A stretch of 64,000 bases of DNA from Candidatus Methylomirabilota bacterium (GTDB lineage: Bacteria; Methylomirabilota; Methylomirabilia; Rokubacteriales; CSP1-6): NCBI GenBank assembly GCA_036002485.1, contig DASYTI010000019.1, forward strand, positions 11,990 through 75,989. Reading direction: 5' to 3'. The notes under the pieces were generated by a model. The model worked only from the letters and a program-made list of their open reading frames with translations, was not told the origin of the DNA and searched no databases. Each line of letters starts with the position of its first letter. Position 1 is the first letter of the stretch. Positions 30,453 through 43,046 of this stretch are shown here, one piece after another. Position numbers and translations under genes: made by a program.

Positions 30453-31061
30453 ATGCCGATAAAGAATTCTCTCGGAAGAGCGAAGCCCGCGGGGGTCCTC
30501 GTGGCCCTCGTGCTTGGACTGACTCTTTCCACCACAGCCACTGCGGCGCCTATCTTGGGTCAGCAGATCTACTACGAGGGCGGGGATGTCCAGGTCACCG
30601 TCTTGCCGTATAGCGCGGCCTACACCAGTCAGGTGATCCTGTTTTCGACGCCCTCTCCCCTCGTCATAGCCAACAGCTCGCAGGTGGGGCAGGTCGTGAA
30701 CCTTGGCAATCTGGCCGCCCTGTACGGCATCACTCCAGGAAGCGAGCTCATCTTCGGAATCCTCGTCCTGAACACGGGAAATACCTTCAAGATGGGGCCC
30801 GGCGGACGGAATCCCGATGGTGTCGAGCACGTCATGGTGGACTATACGGAAGGCGCCAGCGAAGACTACGCGTTTCTGGGATTTGAAGATCTCTTCGGAG
30901 GTGGCGACCAGGACTACAACGATGCCAACTTCCAAGTGGAGGGCGGAATCGGTTTTGTCCGGACGCCCGAGCCTTCTTCGCTGGCTCTGCTCGTGCTTGG
31001 TCTGGCCGGTCTAGGCGCCTGGTCCCGTTCGCTCTCCAAGGGAGCTCGTCTCAATATCTGA
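30453..31061 (+). CDS. PEP-CTERM sorting-domain protein with DUF4114-like domain
   Basis: N-terminal signal peptide. DQDYNDANFQVEGG (DUF4114-like). C-terminal PEPSSLALLVLGLAGLGAWSRS is a PEP-CTERM anchor. AAAAGGAG RBS. AT-rich upstream region. Confidence 0.8.
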   Translation: MPIKNSLGRAKPAGVLVALVLGLTLSTTATAAPILGQQIYYEGGDVQVTVLPYSAAYTSQVILFSTPSPLVIANSSQVGQVVNLGNLAALYGITPGSELIFGILVLNTGNTFKMGPGGRNPDGVEHVMVDYTEGASEDYAFLGFEDLFGGGDQDYNDANFQVEGGIGFVRTPEPSSLALLVLGLAGLGAWSRSLSKGARLNI

Positions 31062-31290
31062 GGGGCTCTCTGAAGTAGTTTCGGTAGTCCTGCCACACTG
31101 ATACTTCGTCGGGCATTACGCCAACGTAGTCCCCACCTCCCTCGGGCAGCCTTCCAGCGCCCTGTCAAACCGGTCACGCGCAAGTCATTGACATTGCGTA
31201 TGGAGACGAGCTGGCACGGCTTCTGCGTTACGGGGGCCCAGTTGACGGGCTGCCCAAGCTACCTGGTGCGATGAAGAGGAGGAAGCGGCC

Positions 31291-31500
31291 ATGGAACTGG
31301 AGACACTGGTCGGCTACCTGGTGGCGCTCGCTCTGCCCCTCTGGCTCCTGGTGGAACTCGTCACGCACCCGTGGAGATCGGAGCAACCCGAGAAGCCTCG
31401 CGAGTCGGATTGGCTCCCCGGCCCGCCTGTCCCTAAAGAGTCATCGACAACCCACCGCGTTCGGGCCACGAAGCTGGAGCATCCGCGCAGAGCCGCATAG
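31291..31500 (+). CDS. Small hypothetical membrane protein
   Basis: 69 aa with one TM helix (LVGYLVALALPLWLLVELV). AGGAGG RBS 8 nt upstream of the ATG. Confidence 0.35.
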   Translation: MELETLVGYLVALALPLWLLVELVTHPWRSEQPEKPRESDWLPGPPVPKESSTTHRVRATKLEHPRRAA

Positions 31501-31647
31501 CGAATCCTGGCGTCGACCTCAGATAGACGCTTTTCTCTCTCAGTAGCTCGAGAGGCATCGCCCCGCCCACTACGATGGCCGCTTGATCGCTGAAGGTGCG
31601 AGCCGTCGATCCGCCGGCGCACACGTCGACCGACTATAATCGACGGG

Positions 31648-32712
31648 ATGAGGTGGATGGTACGGGCTCGTGCTGTGGGTTTCCTCGCGACCAGCCTCAT
31701 GACCGGCCTGGCGGCGGGGCCCGTTGCTCCGGCCGCTGAGCCCGCGGGTAGTGAGGTGCTGGACCTCCTCCAGATCTCAGCCGCAGAGGGCCGCCGTCTC
31801 GTCAGCGGGGAGATCGTGTCTTATCCGGTCAGCGAGTTCAGCGAGAGGGAGCTGGCAGTGGGGCTTGCCATGTTCGTGCCGGGCCCGGTGAGCCGCGTGG
31901 CCGAGTATTTGAGCTCGGGGCAAGTGATAGCCCGTGACACCACGATCTCCGAGTTCGGGATCGTGCCGGAGCCCACGGGCACGGAGCCTCTCCCGGGAAC
32001 CCCGCTCGTCAAGGGCGATCGGGACGAGGCCGGCAGCCTTCTCGACGCCTCGCCCGGCACGCGATTCAACCTGTCCACGGCCGAGATCGCGACGCTGCGC
32101 GCGCTCCGGGACACGACGGGAAGCATGTCGCAGGCGGGAACGGCCGAAAGGGTCTGGGACGTGTATCGCGGGCTCCTGCGGCAGCGGCTGCAAGCCTATC
32201 AGCAAGGCGGTCTCGCCGCTCTCGCCCCGTATACGCGGAGCGGGGGAGCGATCACCGACCCCGCGACCGAGTTGCGGTTGGCCATCGCGGATGTCGATCG
32301 CGCAGGACGCGACGGTCCCGAGCTCCACGACACGCTCTTGCGATATCCCGCCGCTCAGTCCCCGCGCCTGCTCCATCGCTTCTACTGGCTCAAGCGGCAA
32401 GTGCAGAGACGGCCGGATCTCAGCCTGCTTCATCAGATCATCGCGGCGGGCTCCGGTCCGACCGTCCATGTCGAGCGCTACTTCTACGTCGGGCACTCTT
32501 ACAATGCCGCGCAGATCATCACCGGCGCCCTCGCGTACCAGCACGGCGCCGTGGTCTTCTGCACGAGCCGTTTCTCGACCGATGAGGTCCTGGGCGTGGG
32601 GAACCAGCTGAAGCGGTCGATCGGACGCACCCAGCTCCGAGACGAGATGCGCAAGCGGCTGGAGGGGATCCGTGCGTTCCTAACCCGCCCCCCCTCCACC
32701 GAGAGCCCCTAA
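31648..32712 (+). CDS. Secreted hypothetical protein
   Basis: Signal peptide MRWMVRARAVGFLATSLMTGLAAGPVAPAAEP. 354 aa. I recognise no family. Confidence 0.6.
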   Translation: MRWMVRARAVGFLATSLMTGLAAGPVAPAAEPAGSEVLDLLQISAAEGRRLVSGEIVSYPVSEFSERELAVGLAMFVPGPVSRVAEYLSSGQVIARDTTISEFGIVPEPTGTEPLPGTPLVKGDRDEAGSLLDASPGTRFNLSTAEIATLRALRDTTGSMSQAGTAERVWDVYRGLLRQRLQAYQQGGLAALAPYTRSGGAITDPATELRLAIADVDRAGRDGPELHDTLLRYPAAQSPRLLHRFYWLKRQVQRRPDLSLLHQIIAAGSGPTVHVERYFYVGHSYNAAQIITGALAYQHGAVVFCTSRFSTDEVLGVGNQLKRSIGRTQLRDEMRKRLEGIRAFLTRPPSTESP

Positions 32713-32739
32713 ATTTCCCGCAGGCGGCTCCAAAAGGTC

Positions 32740-32830
32740 CAGATGCGAGGCGGCGCCCGAAGGTCGCACGCGAGGCGTAGTTCTCACTCAGCCCTCGCCT
32801 CGCGGCTGCGTCCCTCAGCTCGAACGGCCA
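32740..32830 (-). repeat. Copy of the ~45-bp repeat family (inverted orientation) between convergent genes
   Basis: The reverse complement of 32784-32829 is GGCCGTTCGAGCTGAGGGACGCAGCCGCGAGGCGAGGGCTGAGTGAG, nearly identical to unit 3 of the tandem array. Confidence 0.65.
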
Positions 32831-32891
32831 TGTACGTTGAGCGTGCGACCGAGTGCGCCAACGAAGCAGATGGGCCTTTTTCAGCCGCCGC

Positions 32892-34153
32892 CTAGGGATA
32901 GAGGCCGCGGACCTGGTGGGCGTCGGCCACGCGTCGCACGCCCTCCATGAGGGCGGCCGTGCGCAGGTCGACGTGCTCTTTCTTCGAGATGTTCCACACG
33001 CGGGCGAACGCGCGCGCCATGATCTCCTGCAGGCGGCTGGTGATCTCACTCTCTTTCCAGAAGAAGAACTGCAGGCCCTGCACCCACTCGAAGTAGGACA
33101 CGACGACGCCCCCGGCATTGGCGAGGATGTCCGGGATGACCAGGATGCCGCGATTGTGAAGGATGACATCGGCCTCGGGCGTGGTGGGGCCGTTGGCGCC
33201 CTCGACGACGATCTTGGCCTGGATCCGGTCGGCGTTGTCCTCGCGGATCTGCGACCCCGTGGCCGCGGGCAGCAGGATGTCGCACGGCTGCTCGAGGATG
33301 TCCTTGTTGGAGATGGCGTCGGCTCCAGGGAAGCCGCTGACGCTCCCCGCCTCCTTGCTGTGCTGCTCGAGGGCCCGGACATCCAGCCCCTGGCTGTTCC
33401 AGACACCGCCTCGGTAGTCGCTCACGCCCAGGATCAGGGCCCCGTCGCGCCAGAGCATGCGCGCGGCCACTCCGCCCACATTGCCGAAGCCCTGGACGAC
33501 GACCTTCCTGCCTTTGATCTCTTGTCCCAGGCGATGGACGGCCTGGTAGAGCACGTAGACGATGCCGCGTCCTGTCGCTTCACGGCGACCCGCGGAGCCG
33601 CCGACGAGGAGCGGCTTGCCCGTGACGACGCCCGGCACGCTCTTCCCCTGGGTCATCGAGTACGTATCCATCATCCAGGCCATCGTCTGCTCGTCGGTGC
33701 CCAGGTCGGGGGCGGGGATGTCGAGATCGGGACCGATCATCAGGATGATCTCCGCCGTGTAGCGGCGGGTCAGCGCTTCCAGCTCTCGCTTCGACATGTT
33801 GCGCGGGGTGCACCGCACGCCGCCCTTGGCGCCGCCATAGGGCAGGCCCATGAGCGAGCACTTCCAGCTCATCAGCATGGCGAGCGCGCTCACCTCGCCC
33901 ATGCTGACCTCGGCGTCGTAGCGCAGGCCGCCCTTGGTCGGGCCGAGTGCCGTGTTGTGGTGGACGCGATAGCCCATGAAGACTTCCGTGTGCCCGCTGT
34001 CCATTCTGACGGGGACCGAGACCACCAGGGCCCGGCGCGGGTAGCGGAGGCGGATGTGCGTGTCATGGTCGAGATGCAGACGCTCCGCCACCTGGTCCAG
34101 CTGAGCCACGGCGGTCCGGTGCATCTCGGATTCGAATTCCGGCATCTCGGCCA

Positions 34154-34154
<1 letters not shown>
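32892..34154 (-). CDS. gdhA: NAD(P)-specific glutamate dehydrogenase
   Basis: Start MAEMPEFESE. Conserved GLPYGGAKGG catalytic Lys-Gly motif and the GFGNVG Rossmann motif. ATG overlaps the glgX stop (TGATG). Confidence 0.9.
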
Positions 34155-36307
<2,153 letters not shown>

Positions 36308-36312
36308 GGAGA

Positions 36313-38514
36313 TCAGCCCTCGCTCGGGGAGAGCCACACGGCGGCGAGCGGAGGGAGGGTAAGCAGAACCGAATGAGGCTGGCCGTGCCAGGGAACCGGC
36401 TCGCCGACCACGCCTCCGCGATTGCCCATGTCGCTGCCGCCGTAGTAGGCGCTGTCCGTGTTGAGGATCTCCCGGTAGAATCCGCCCCGCGGCACGCCCA
36501 CGCGATACCCGTGCCGCGGCACCGGCGTGAAGTTGCAGACGCACACCGTGAGGTCGCCCGGCCTCCGCCCGAATCGCGCGAAGGCCACGATGCTCTGGTC
36601 GGCATCGCTACAGTCCATCCAGGCGAATCCCGCGGCCTCGCAATCCAGTTGATGCAGCGAGAGCTGCCCCCGGTACTGCCGGTTTAGGTCCGCCACCAGC
36701 CGCTGAACGCCTCGATGGTACGGCCCCTGGTCGAGCAGGTGCCAGTCCAGGCTCTTGTCGTGGTTCCACTCGTCCGACTGTCCGAACTCCCCGCCCATGA
36801 AGAGGAGCTTCTTGCCGGGATACGCCCACATGAAGCCGTAGAGCAGGCGGAGGTTGGCGAAGCGCTGCCAGTCGTCGCCCGGCATCTTGCGGGCGAGCGA
36901 GCGCTTGCCGTAGACGACCTCGTCGTGGGAGAGGGGCAGGACGAAGTTCTCCGTCCAGGCATACAGCAAGCCGAAGGTGAGCTGGTTATGGTGATACTTC
37001 CGGTGGACGGGCTCGTTGCGCAGGTAGTCGAGCACGTCGTGCATCCAGCCCATGTTCCACTTGAGCCCGAACCCGAGTCCACCGAGATGGACGGGCCGCG
37101 AGACCATGGGCCACGCCGTCGACTCCTCGGCCACCGTGACCACGCCAGGGTGCACGGCGTACACGACCTCGTTCAGGCGCTTGAGAAAGGCGATGGCCTC
37201 GAGATTCTCGCGTCCACCGAAGACGTTGGGCACCCACTCGCCGGCCTTGCGTGAGTAATCGCGGTAGATCATGGAGGCCACCGCGTCCACGCGCAGCCCA
37301 TCCACGTGATAGCGCTCCAGCCAGAAAAGCGCGTTGCCGAGGAGAAAGTTCGCGACCTCGCGCCGACCGAAATTGAAGACGCGCGTGCCCCAGTCGGGGT
37401 GCTCGCGCTCGCGCGGATCGGCGTGCTCGTAGAGGTGCGTGCCGTCGAAGTACGCGAGCCCATGCGGGTCCTTGGGGAAGTGGGCGGGCACCCAGTCAAG
37501 GAGGACCCCGATGCCGCGCCGGTGCAGGCGATCCACAAAGGCCATGAAGTCGTGGGGGCGGCCGTAGCGGCGCGTGGGCGCGTAGTACCCGATGGTCTGG
37601 TATCCCCACGAGCCGTAGAAGGGGTGCTCCATGACGGGGAGCAGCTCCACGTGGGTGAACCCCATCTCCGTGGCATGGTCCGCGAGCTGGTCGCCCAGCT
37701 CCTGGTAGCTGAGGAACCGGTTGCCCTCCCCCGGCACTCGTCGCCAAGAGCCCAGATGCACCTCGTAGACGCTCATGGGGGCATCGAGAGCCTGGCGGCG
37801 GGAGCGCTCGGCCAGCCAGGCGCCATCCCCCCAGGTGAAACCGTCGAGCCGTTCGACCACGGAGGCGGTGCGCGGCTCCTCTGGCTCGAAGCCGAAGCCA
37901 TAAGGATCACTCTTGAGGGCCAGGGGCGCGCCGGATCGGGACACGATTTCGAACTTGTATCGGGCGCCTTCGGGCACGCCGGGCAGGAAGAGCTCCCAGA
38001 TGCCATTGCCGGGATGGAGCCGCATCGGATGGCTGCGCCCGTCCCAGCCATTCCAGTCGCCCACCACGGATACCCGCTTCGCATTCGGCGCCCAGATGGC
38101 GAAGATGATGCCCCCCACGCCTTCGAGCGTCGCCGCATGCGCGCCCAGCTTGTCGTAGATGCGGTAGTGGGTACCCTCACCGAGCAGGTGGAGGTCAAAG
38201 CCCGAGAGGGTCGAAGGGAAACAGTACGGGTCTTCAATCTCTGCCGTATGTCCCCCGCCGTACGCCGCGCGGAGATGGTACCGGACGGGAAGGCGGCCGG
38301 GAATCTCACCCTCCCAGAGACCGGCGGGATGCAAGGATTTGAGCGGGTGCGAAAGCTTGGTGCCGTCGAGCGGGACCACGGACACCTCGACGGCGCCGGG
38401 CAGGAAGGCCCGGACGATGACCCCGTCCGTGGCGGGATGAGGGCCCAGGATGGCGAAGGGATCGCCGTGCTCTCCGCTGACGAGGGCCTGGACGGTTTCG
38501 CGGGAAAGGCTCAT
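36313..38514 (-). CDS. glgB: 1,4-alpha-glucan branching enzyme
   Basis: 733 aa. N-terminal CBM48 and GH13 motifs ([25 protein letters not shown]). Confidence 0.9.
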   Translation of the reverse strand: MSLSRETVQALVSGEHGDPFAILGPHPATDGVIVRAFLPGAVEVSVVPLDGTKLSHPLKSLHPAGLWEGEIPGRLPVRYHLRAAYGGGHTAEIEDPYCFPSTLSGFDLHLLGEGTHYRIYDKLGAHAATLEGVGGIIFAIWAPNAKRVSVVGDWNGWDGRSHPMRLHPGNGIWELFLPGVPEGARYKFEIVSRSGAPLALKSDPYGFGFEPEEPRTASVVERLDGFTWGDGAWLAERSRRQALDAPMSVYEVHLGSWRRVPGEGNRFLSYQELGDQLADHATEMGFTHVELLPVMEHPFYGSWGYQTIGYYAPTRRYGRPHDFMAFVDRLHRRGIGVLLDWVPAHFPKDPHGLAYFDGTHLYEHADPREREHPDWGTRVFNFGRREVANFLLGNALFWLERYHVDGLRVDAVASMIYRDYSRKAGEWVPNVFGGRENLEAIAFLKRLNEVVYAVHPGVVTVAEESTAWPMVSRPVHLGGLGFGLKWNMGWMHDVLDYLRNEPVHRKYHHNQLTFGLLYAWTENFVLPLSHDEVVYGKRSLARKMPGDDWQRFANLRLLYGFMWAYPGKKLLFMGGEFGQSDEWNHDKSLDWHLLDQGPYHRGVQRLVADLNRQYRGQLSLHQLDCEAAGFAWMDCSDADQSIVAFARFGRRPGDLTVCVCNFTPVPRHGYRVGVPRGGFYREILNTDSAYYGGSDMGNRGGVVGEPVPWHGQPHSVLLTLPPLAAVWLSPSEG

Positions 38515-38545
38515 GAACGTCGATCCCGGTCCGGGGACGGCGGAA

Positions 38546-39901
38546 CTAGAAGGAGCGGATGAGGCGCTCCACCCGCTCGTCGTGGCTCTGGAACGGGTCC
38601 TTGCAGAGGATGGTCTCGCGCTCGGGGTCGTTGAGCTTCAAGTACACCCAGTCCACGCGGTAGTCCTTGCCTTTGAGGTTGGCCTGCCGGATGAACTCGC
38701 CGCGCAGCCGCGCGCGGGTGGTCTGCGGCGGGATGTGCTTGGCGCGCTCGATGATGTCGTCGCTGGTGATGCGATCCACCATGTCGTGCTTCACGAGCTG
38801 GAAGTACACGCCCTTGTGCGGCCGGATGTCGTGGTACTGCAGGTCCATGAGCGAGACCTTGGGGTCGCGCCAGGACAGGCGATGCTTCTCCATGAAGGAC
38901 TCGATGATGCGCTTCTTGATGACCCAGTCGACCTCGCGATGCAGCTCCATGGGGTCCGTATGCAGCGCCTCGATGACGTGGGTCCAGCGCCCGAGGACGT
39001 CCTTGGTCACGGGGTCGGCGTCGATCGACTGGACATATCGCGTGGCGTGCTCCAGGTATTCCGTCTGCAGCTGGAGCGGGGTGATGGTGCGCCCATCCTT
39101 GAGCCGGACCGTCTCGCGCAGGGAAGGGTCGTGGCTGATGTCCCGGATGGCCTGGACGGGGGACTGCAGACTGTAGTCCCGGTCGAAGAACCCGTCCTCG
39201 ATCATGTCGAGGATGAGGGCGGTGGTGCCCACCTTGAGGTAGGTGGCGACCTCGGACATGTTCGAATCGCCCACGATGACGTGGAGGCGGCGGTACTTCT
39301 CCGCGTCAGCGTGGGGCTCGTCGCGCGTGTTGATGATGGACCGCGAGGAGGTGGTGGCCCCCGAGATCTCCTGGCAGATATGCTGCGCCCGCTGCGAGAG
39401 ACAGTAGTGGAAGCCCCGGGGGGTCTGCAGCACCTTGCCCGCGCCCGCGAAGATCTGGCGGGTGACGAAGAAGGGGATGAGGCCCTCGGCCAGACGCTGG
39501 AACGACACGTCGCGGCTGACCAGGTAGTTCTCGTGACAGCCGTAGGAGTTGCCGGCGGAATCGGTGTTGTTCTTGAAGAGGAGGATATTGCCGGAGATCC
39601 CGTCCTCGCGAAGCCGCTTCTCCGCCTGATGCAGGAGATCCTCGACGATGCGCTCGCCCGCCTTGTCGTGGATGACCAGGTCGGCGATGTCGTCGCACTC
39701 GGGGGTCGCATACTCGGGATGGAAGCCCGTGTCGAGATAGAGCCGCGCCCCATTCTCGAGGAAGACATTGGCGTTCCGCGCCCCCGGGATGACCTTCTCG
39801 AAGAGGTAGCGGGCGACGTTGTCGGGCGAGAGACGCCGCTGGCCGTTGAGCGTGCACGTCAGACCGTACTCGTTTTCCAAGCCGAAGATGCGGCGTTTCA
39901 T
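38546..39901 (-). CDS. pafA: Pup--protein ligase PafA
   Basis: [37 protein letters not shown] matches the PafA N-terminus. Carboxylate-amine ligase fold. Lacks the Dop-specific insertion. Confidence 0.85.
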   Translation of the reverse strand: MKRRIFGLENEYGLTCTLNGQRRLSPDNVARYLFEKVIPGARNANVFLENGARLYLDTGFHPEYATPECDDIADLVIHDKAGERIVEDLLHQAEKRLREDGISGNILLFKNNTDSAGNSYGCHENYLVSRDVSFQRLAEGLIPFFVTRQIFAGAGKVLQTPRGFHYCLSQRAQHICQEISGATTSSRSIINTRDEPHADAEKYRRLHVIVGDSNMSEVATYLKVGTTALILDMIEDGFFDRDYSLQSPVQAIRDISHDPSLRETVRLKDGRTITPLQLQTEYLEHATRYVQSIDADPVTKDVLGRWTHVIEALHTDPMELHREVDWVIKKRIIESFMEKHRLSWRDPKVSLMDLQYHDIRPHKGVYFQLVKHDMVDRITSDDIIERAKHIPPQTTRARLRGEFIRQANLKGKDYRVDWVYLKLNDPERETILCKDPFQSHDERVERLIRSF

Positions 39902-39968
39902 GTGGGCCTCAGCGTAGCAGGGGAGAGGACGGGAGGCAAGGATTGCCTTTGGCCGTCGGGCGGATGCG

Positions 39969-40661
39969 CTACTTGTCGTCGGCGAGGAGCTGATGGAGCA
40001 CGGCGGGAGGGATCCGGCGGAACTTGCGGCGCTCCTTACCGCGGTCGAGCACGGCCACTTCCAGGTCACGCTCGGTCAGGGTTTTGTTCTGGGTCACCAT
40101 GAGGGCCCGAACTCCCAGCTTGACCGCGCCCGAGAAGTCCAGGCCTTCCTGATAGTTGTCCTTGAGATAGCGCCGGATCTCGTCGGACTGCCCACCCATG
40201 GCCGCGTAGTTCTTCTCGTCCTCGATGGTGCCGTCATAGAGGATGTGGTAGATCTCATTTTTGGTGCCGTCGCTGTCGCCCACCTCCACCACCAGCACCT
40301 CGACCTCGAAGGGCTTGATGTCCTGGGTGAAGATATTGCCGAGGGCCTGGGAGTAGGCGTTGGCGAGGGACTTGGCCGTCACGTCCCCGCGGCTGTACGA
40401 GTAGCCTTTGATGTCCGCGTGCCGGACGCCCGCCACTCGGAGGTTCTCGAACTCGTTGTACTTGCCCACGCCCGCGAAGGCAATCCGATCGTAGATCTCC
40501 GAGATCTTGTGGAGCAGGGCCGAGGGGTTCTCGGCCAGGAGCAGGACGCCGTCGCGATACTCGAGGGCCACGATGGCCTTGCCGCGCGAGATGCCCTTGC
40601 GAGCATACTCCGCCTTGTCCTTCATCATCTGCTCGGGCGAGACGTAGTAGGGCAGCGGCAT
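39969..40661 (-). CDS. prcA: Proteasome subunit alpha
   Basis: [33 protein letters not shown] is a canonical bacterial 20S alpha-subunit N-terminus. Confidence 0.9.
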   Translation of the reverse strand: MPLPYYVSPEQMMKDKAEYARKGISRGKAIVALEYRDGVLLLAENPSALLHKISEIYDRIAFAGVGKYNEFENLRVAGVRHADIKGYSYSRGDVTAKSLANAYSQALGNIFTQDIKPFEVEVLVVEVGDSDGTKNEIYHILYDGTIEDEKNYAAMGGQSDEIRRYLKDNYQEGLDFSGAVKLGVRALMVTQNKTLTERDLEVAVLDRGKERRKFRRIPPAVLHQLLADDK

Positions 40662-41473
40662 CAGCTACCCCCTCGCTCGGCGAGGATGGCTTCGCAGTAG
40701 CGGCGGATCTCCTCGTCGGAAACCTCTCCGAAGCCCGAGCGGGTGATGGTCTTGACCGTGGGATAGATCCCGCGCTGGAGATCCGGCCCCCCCGTGCCCA
40801 GATCTTCGTCGGCCGCGTCCATCAGGGCCTCGATGGACACCCGCACCGCCTCGTCTTTGGACAGGTCACGCTTGAAGCGCTTCTTGAGGGAGTCCCGCGC
40901 GTCCTTGCCCCCCGAGCCTTGGGCGAAGTAGTCGGTCTCCTCGTACCGGCCTCCCGTGACGTCGTACTTGAAGAGGCGCCCCACCCCCGCGCGCTCGTCG
41001 AAGCCCGCGAAGATGGGCACCACCACGAGGCCCTGCATGGCCAAGGGCAGGTTCATGCGGATCATCTGGCCGAGCTTGTTGGCCTTGCCATCGAGCGAGA
41101 GATTCTCACCCTCGACCTTCTCGTAGTGCTCGAGCTCGGTCTGGAAGAGACGCGCCATTTCCATGGCGGGCCCCGCCGCGCCCGCGATGCCGATACCAGA
41201 GAGATCGTCCGACCTGAAGATCTTTTCAATGCGACGGGAGGCGACCTGGTACCCCTCGCTGGCCTGGCGGTCGCCTGCCATGATCACGCCGTCGCGGTAT
41301 CGGAGGGCGAGAACCGTGGTGCCGTGGGGGACGGTCGGGGGACTATTCGTCTCCCTCGGCACGTCCTCGCCCTGAGGAAGTAGGTGAGGCGCCGAGTGTC
41401 GCAAGACGTCCGCGAAGCTCGAGGTGGCGTACCCGAAGAACACGCCTTCCCAGCGGCTGGGCTTGTCGTTCAC
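40661..41473 (-). CDS. prcB: Proteasome subunit beta with propeptide
   Basis: About 52-aa propeptide followed by catalytic Thr in GTTVLALRYRDGV. GTG start overlaps the dop stop (GTGA). Confidence 0.88.
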   Translation of the reverse strand: MNDKPSRWEGVFFGYATSSFADVLRHSAPHLLPQGEDVPRETNSPPTVPHGTTVLALRYRDGVIMAGDRQASEGYQVASRRIEKIFRSDDLSGIGIAGAAGPAMEMARLFQTELEHYEKVEGENLSLDGKANKLGQMIRMNLPLAMQGLVVVPIFAGFDERAGVGRLFKYDVTGGRYEETDYFAQGSGGKDARDSLKKRFKRDLSKDEAVRVSIEALMDAADEDLGTGGPDLQRGIYPTVKTITRSGFGEVSDEEIRRYCEAILAERGGS

Positions 41474-42969
41474 ACGTCCCCCGCGGGCTTGCCGAGGTTG
41501 CGGAGAAGATCGCCGGCCGTGGGGCTGTCGGCGAAGAGCTGGCGGACGTGCGCCTCGGTCCCGCGAAGCGGCTCGAGCATGAAGATCTTCTTGAGCGGGC
41601 CTTCCTTGAGGTCGAAGATCACCGAGTCCCACGAGGCGGACACGACTTCGTCGGCGTACTTCTGCAGGCACATGCCGCGGAAGTAGGCCCGGGTGTCCTT
41701 GGGCGGGTCATAGATCGCCTTGGTCACTTCGTCCTCGGTGGTGAGCCGCTCGACGGCGTCGGACTCCTCGAGCTTGTAGTAGAGACCCTTGCCCGGACGA
41801 ATGTCGTGATACTGCAGGTCGATCATGGCCACGCGGGAGTCGGACCACTCGAGCCCGTGCTTGGCCATGTAGCTCTGGATCAGCGCCTGCTTGATCACCC
41901 AGTCCAGCTCCCGATCGAGGCTCATGGGGTCCTTGGCCAGCTGATCCAGCACGGTGCCCCAGCGCAGCATGACGTCGTCGACCCACGGCTCGTGCTCGCG
42001 TCCGGCGTAGTAGCGCTGGGCCAGGGCGAGGTACTCGCGCTGCAGATCCACGGCGGTGAGCGCGCGGCCATCCTTGAGCCGGAACGTCTCCCGGCAGGTG
42101 AGATCCCGCGAGACCTTCCGATACGCCAGCACCGGGCTCTCCAGCGAGAGGTCGCGCTCGATGAAATCGTCCTCGATCATGCTGAGGGCGATGGCCATGG
42201 TGCCGACCTTGAGGTAGTTGGAGACCTCGCTCATGTTCGCGTCGCCCACGATCACGTGCAGGCGGCGATAGCGCTCGGGGTCGGCGTGGGGCTCGTCGCG
42301 GGTATTGATGATGGGTCGGCTGTGCATCGTTTCCAGACCGACCTCGGTCTCGAGGAAGTCGGCCCGCTGGGAGATCTGATAGTCGCAGTGCTCGGTGTTG
42401 TTCTCGGCCCCCACCTTGCCCGACCCCGTGAAGACCTGGCGGCTCACGAAGAAGGGCATGAGGTGCTGGACGATGCGCGCGAAGGGCACCTTGCGGTCCA
42501 TGAGGTAGTTCTCGTGGGTGCCGTAGGAGTTGCCCTTGGAGTCCGTGTTGTTCTTGTAGATGAGGATCCGCTGCTCGGGCGGCGACACCGCCTCCGCCCG
42601 TGAGCGCGCCAGATTCAGGATGCGCTCGCCCGCTCGGTCCCAGATGACGCAATCGCGCGGATTGGTCGTCTCGGGGGAGGAGTATTCAGGGTGGGCGTGG
42701 TCGACGTAGAAGCGGGCGCCGTTGGAGAGGATGAGGTTGATCAGGCGCGACTCTTCCTTGGAGGGCGCCTCCTTCTCCTCCATGTACTCGAAGCCTCGCG
42801 CGTCGCGCAGGGGGCTCTCCGCCTCGTAGTCCCAGCGGATACGTGAGGACCGGTAGGTCTCGTACGAGTTGATGAGCAGGAGAGACGAGAGAATCGGATT
42901 GAAGTCGGGCTGGTTCTTGACCGTGATGCCGTACTCGGTCTCGATGCCCATCACCTTCGGAATCGCCAT
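41470..42969 (-). CDS. dop: Pup deamidase/depupylase Dop
   Basis: MAIPKVMGIETEYGI plus the Dop-specific RWDYEAESPLRDARGF region. 499 aa. Confidence 0.85.
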   Translation of the reverse strand: MAIPKVMGIETEYGITVKNQPDFNPILSSLLLINSYETYRSSRIRWDYEAESPLRDARGFEYMEEKEAPSKEESRLINLILSNGARFYVDHAHPEYSSPETTNPRDCVIWDRAGERILNLARSRAEAVSPPEQRILIYKNNTDSKGNSYGTHENYLMDRKVPFARIVQHLMPFFVSRQVFTGSGKVGAENNTEHCDYQISQRADFLETEVGLETMHSRPIINTRDEPHADPERYRRLHVIVGDANMSEVSNYLKVGTMAIALSMIEDDFIERDLSLESPVLAYRKVSRDLTCRETFRLKDGRALTAVDLQREYLALAQRYYAGREHEPWVDDVMLRWGTVLDQLAKDPMSLDRELDWVIKQALIQSYMAKHGLEWSDSRVAMIDLQYHDIRPGKGLYYKLEESDAVERLTTEDEVTKAIYDPPKDTRAYFRGMCLQKYADEVVSASWDSVIFDLKEGPLKKIFMLEPLRGTEAHVRQLFADSPTAGDLLRNLGKPAGDV

Positions 42970-43006
42970 AAGTCCCCCGGACGCCCTCGTCGAGATGAGA
43001 ACAAAC

Positions 43007-43039
43007 GGCGGGAGGGGGCGATAGCGCTCCCCTCCCGCC
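43007..43039 (-). terminator. Intrinsic-terminator-like hairpin immediately after the mpa stop
   Basis: ggcgggagggg-gcgatagcgct-cccctcccgcc forms an 11-14 bp GC stem. On the mpa transcript it is followed by GUUUGUUCUC. Confidence 0.5.
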
Positions 43040-43046
43040 GCGGCGC

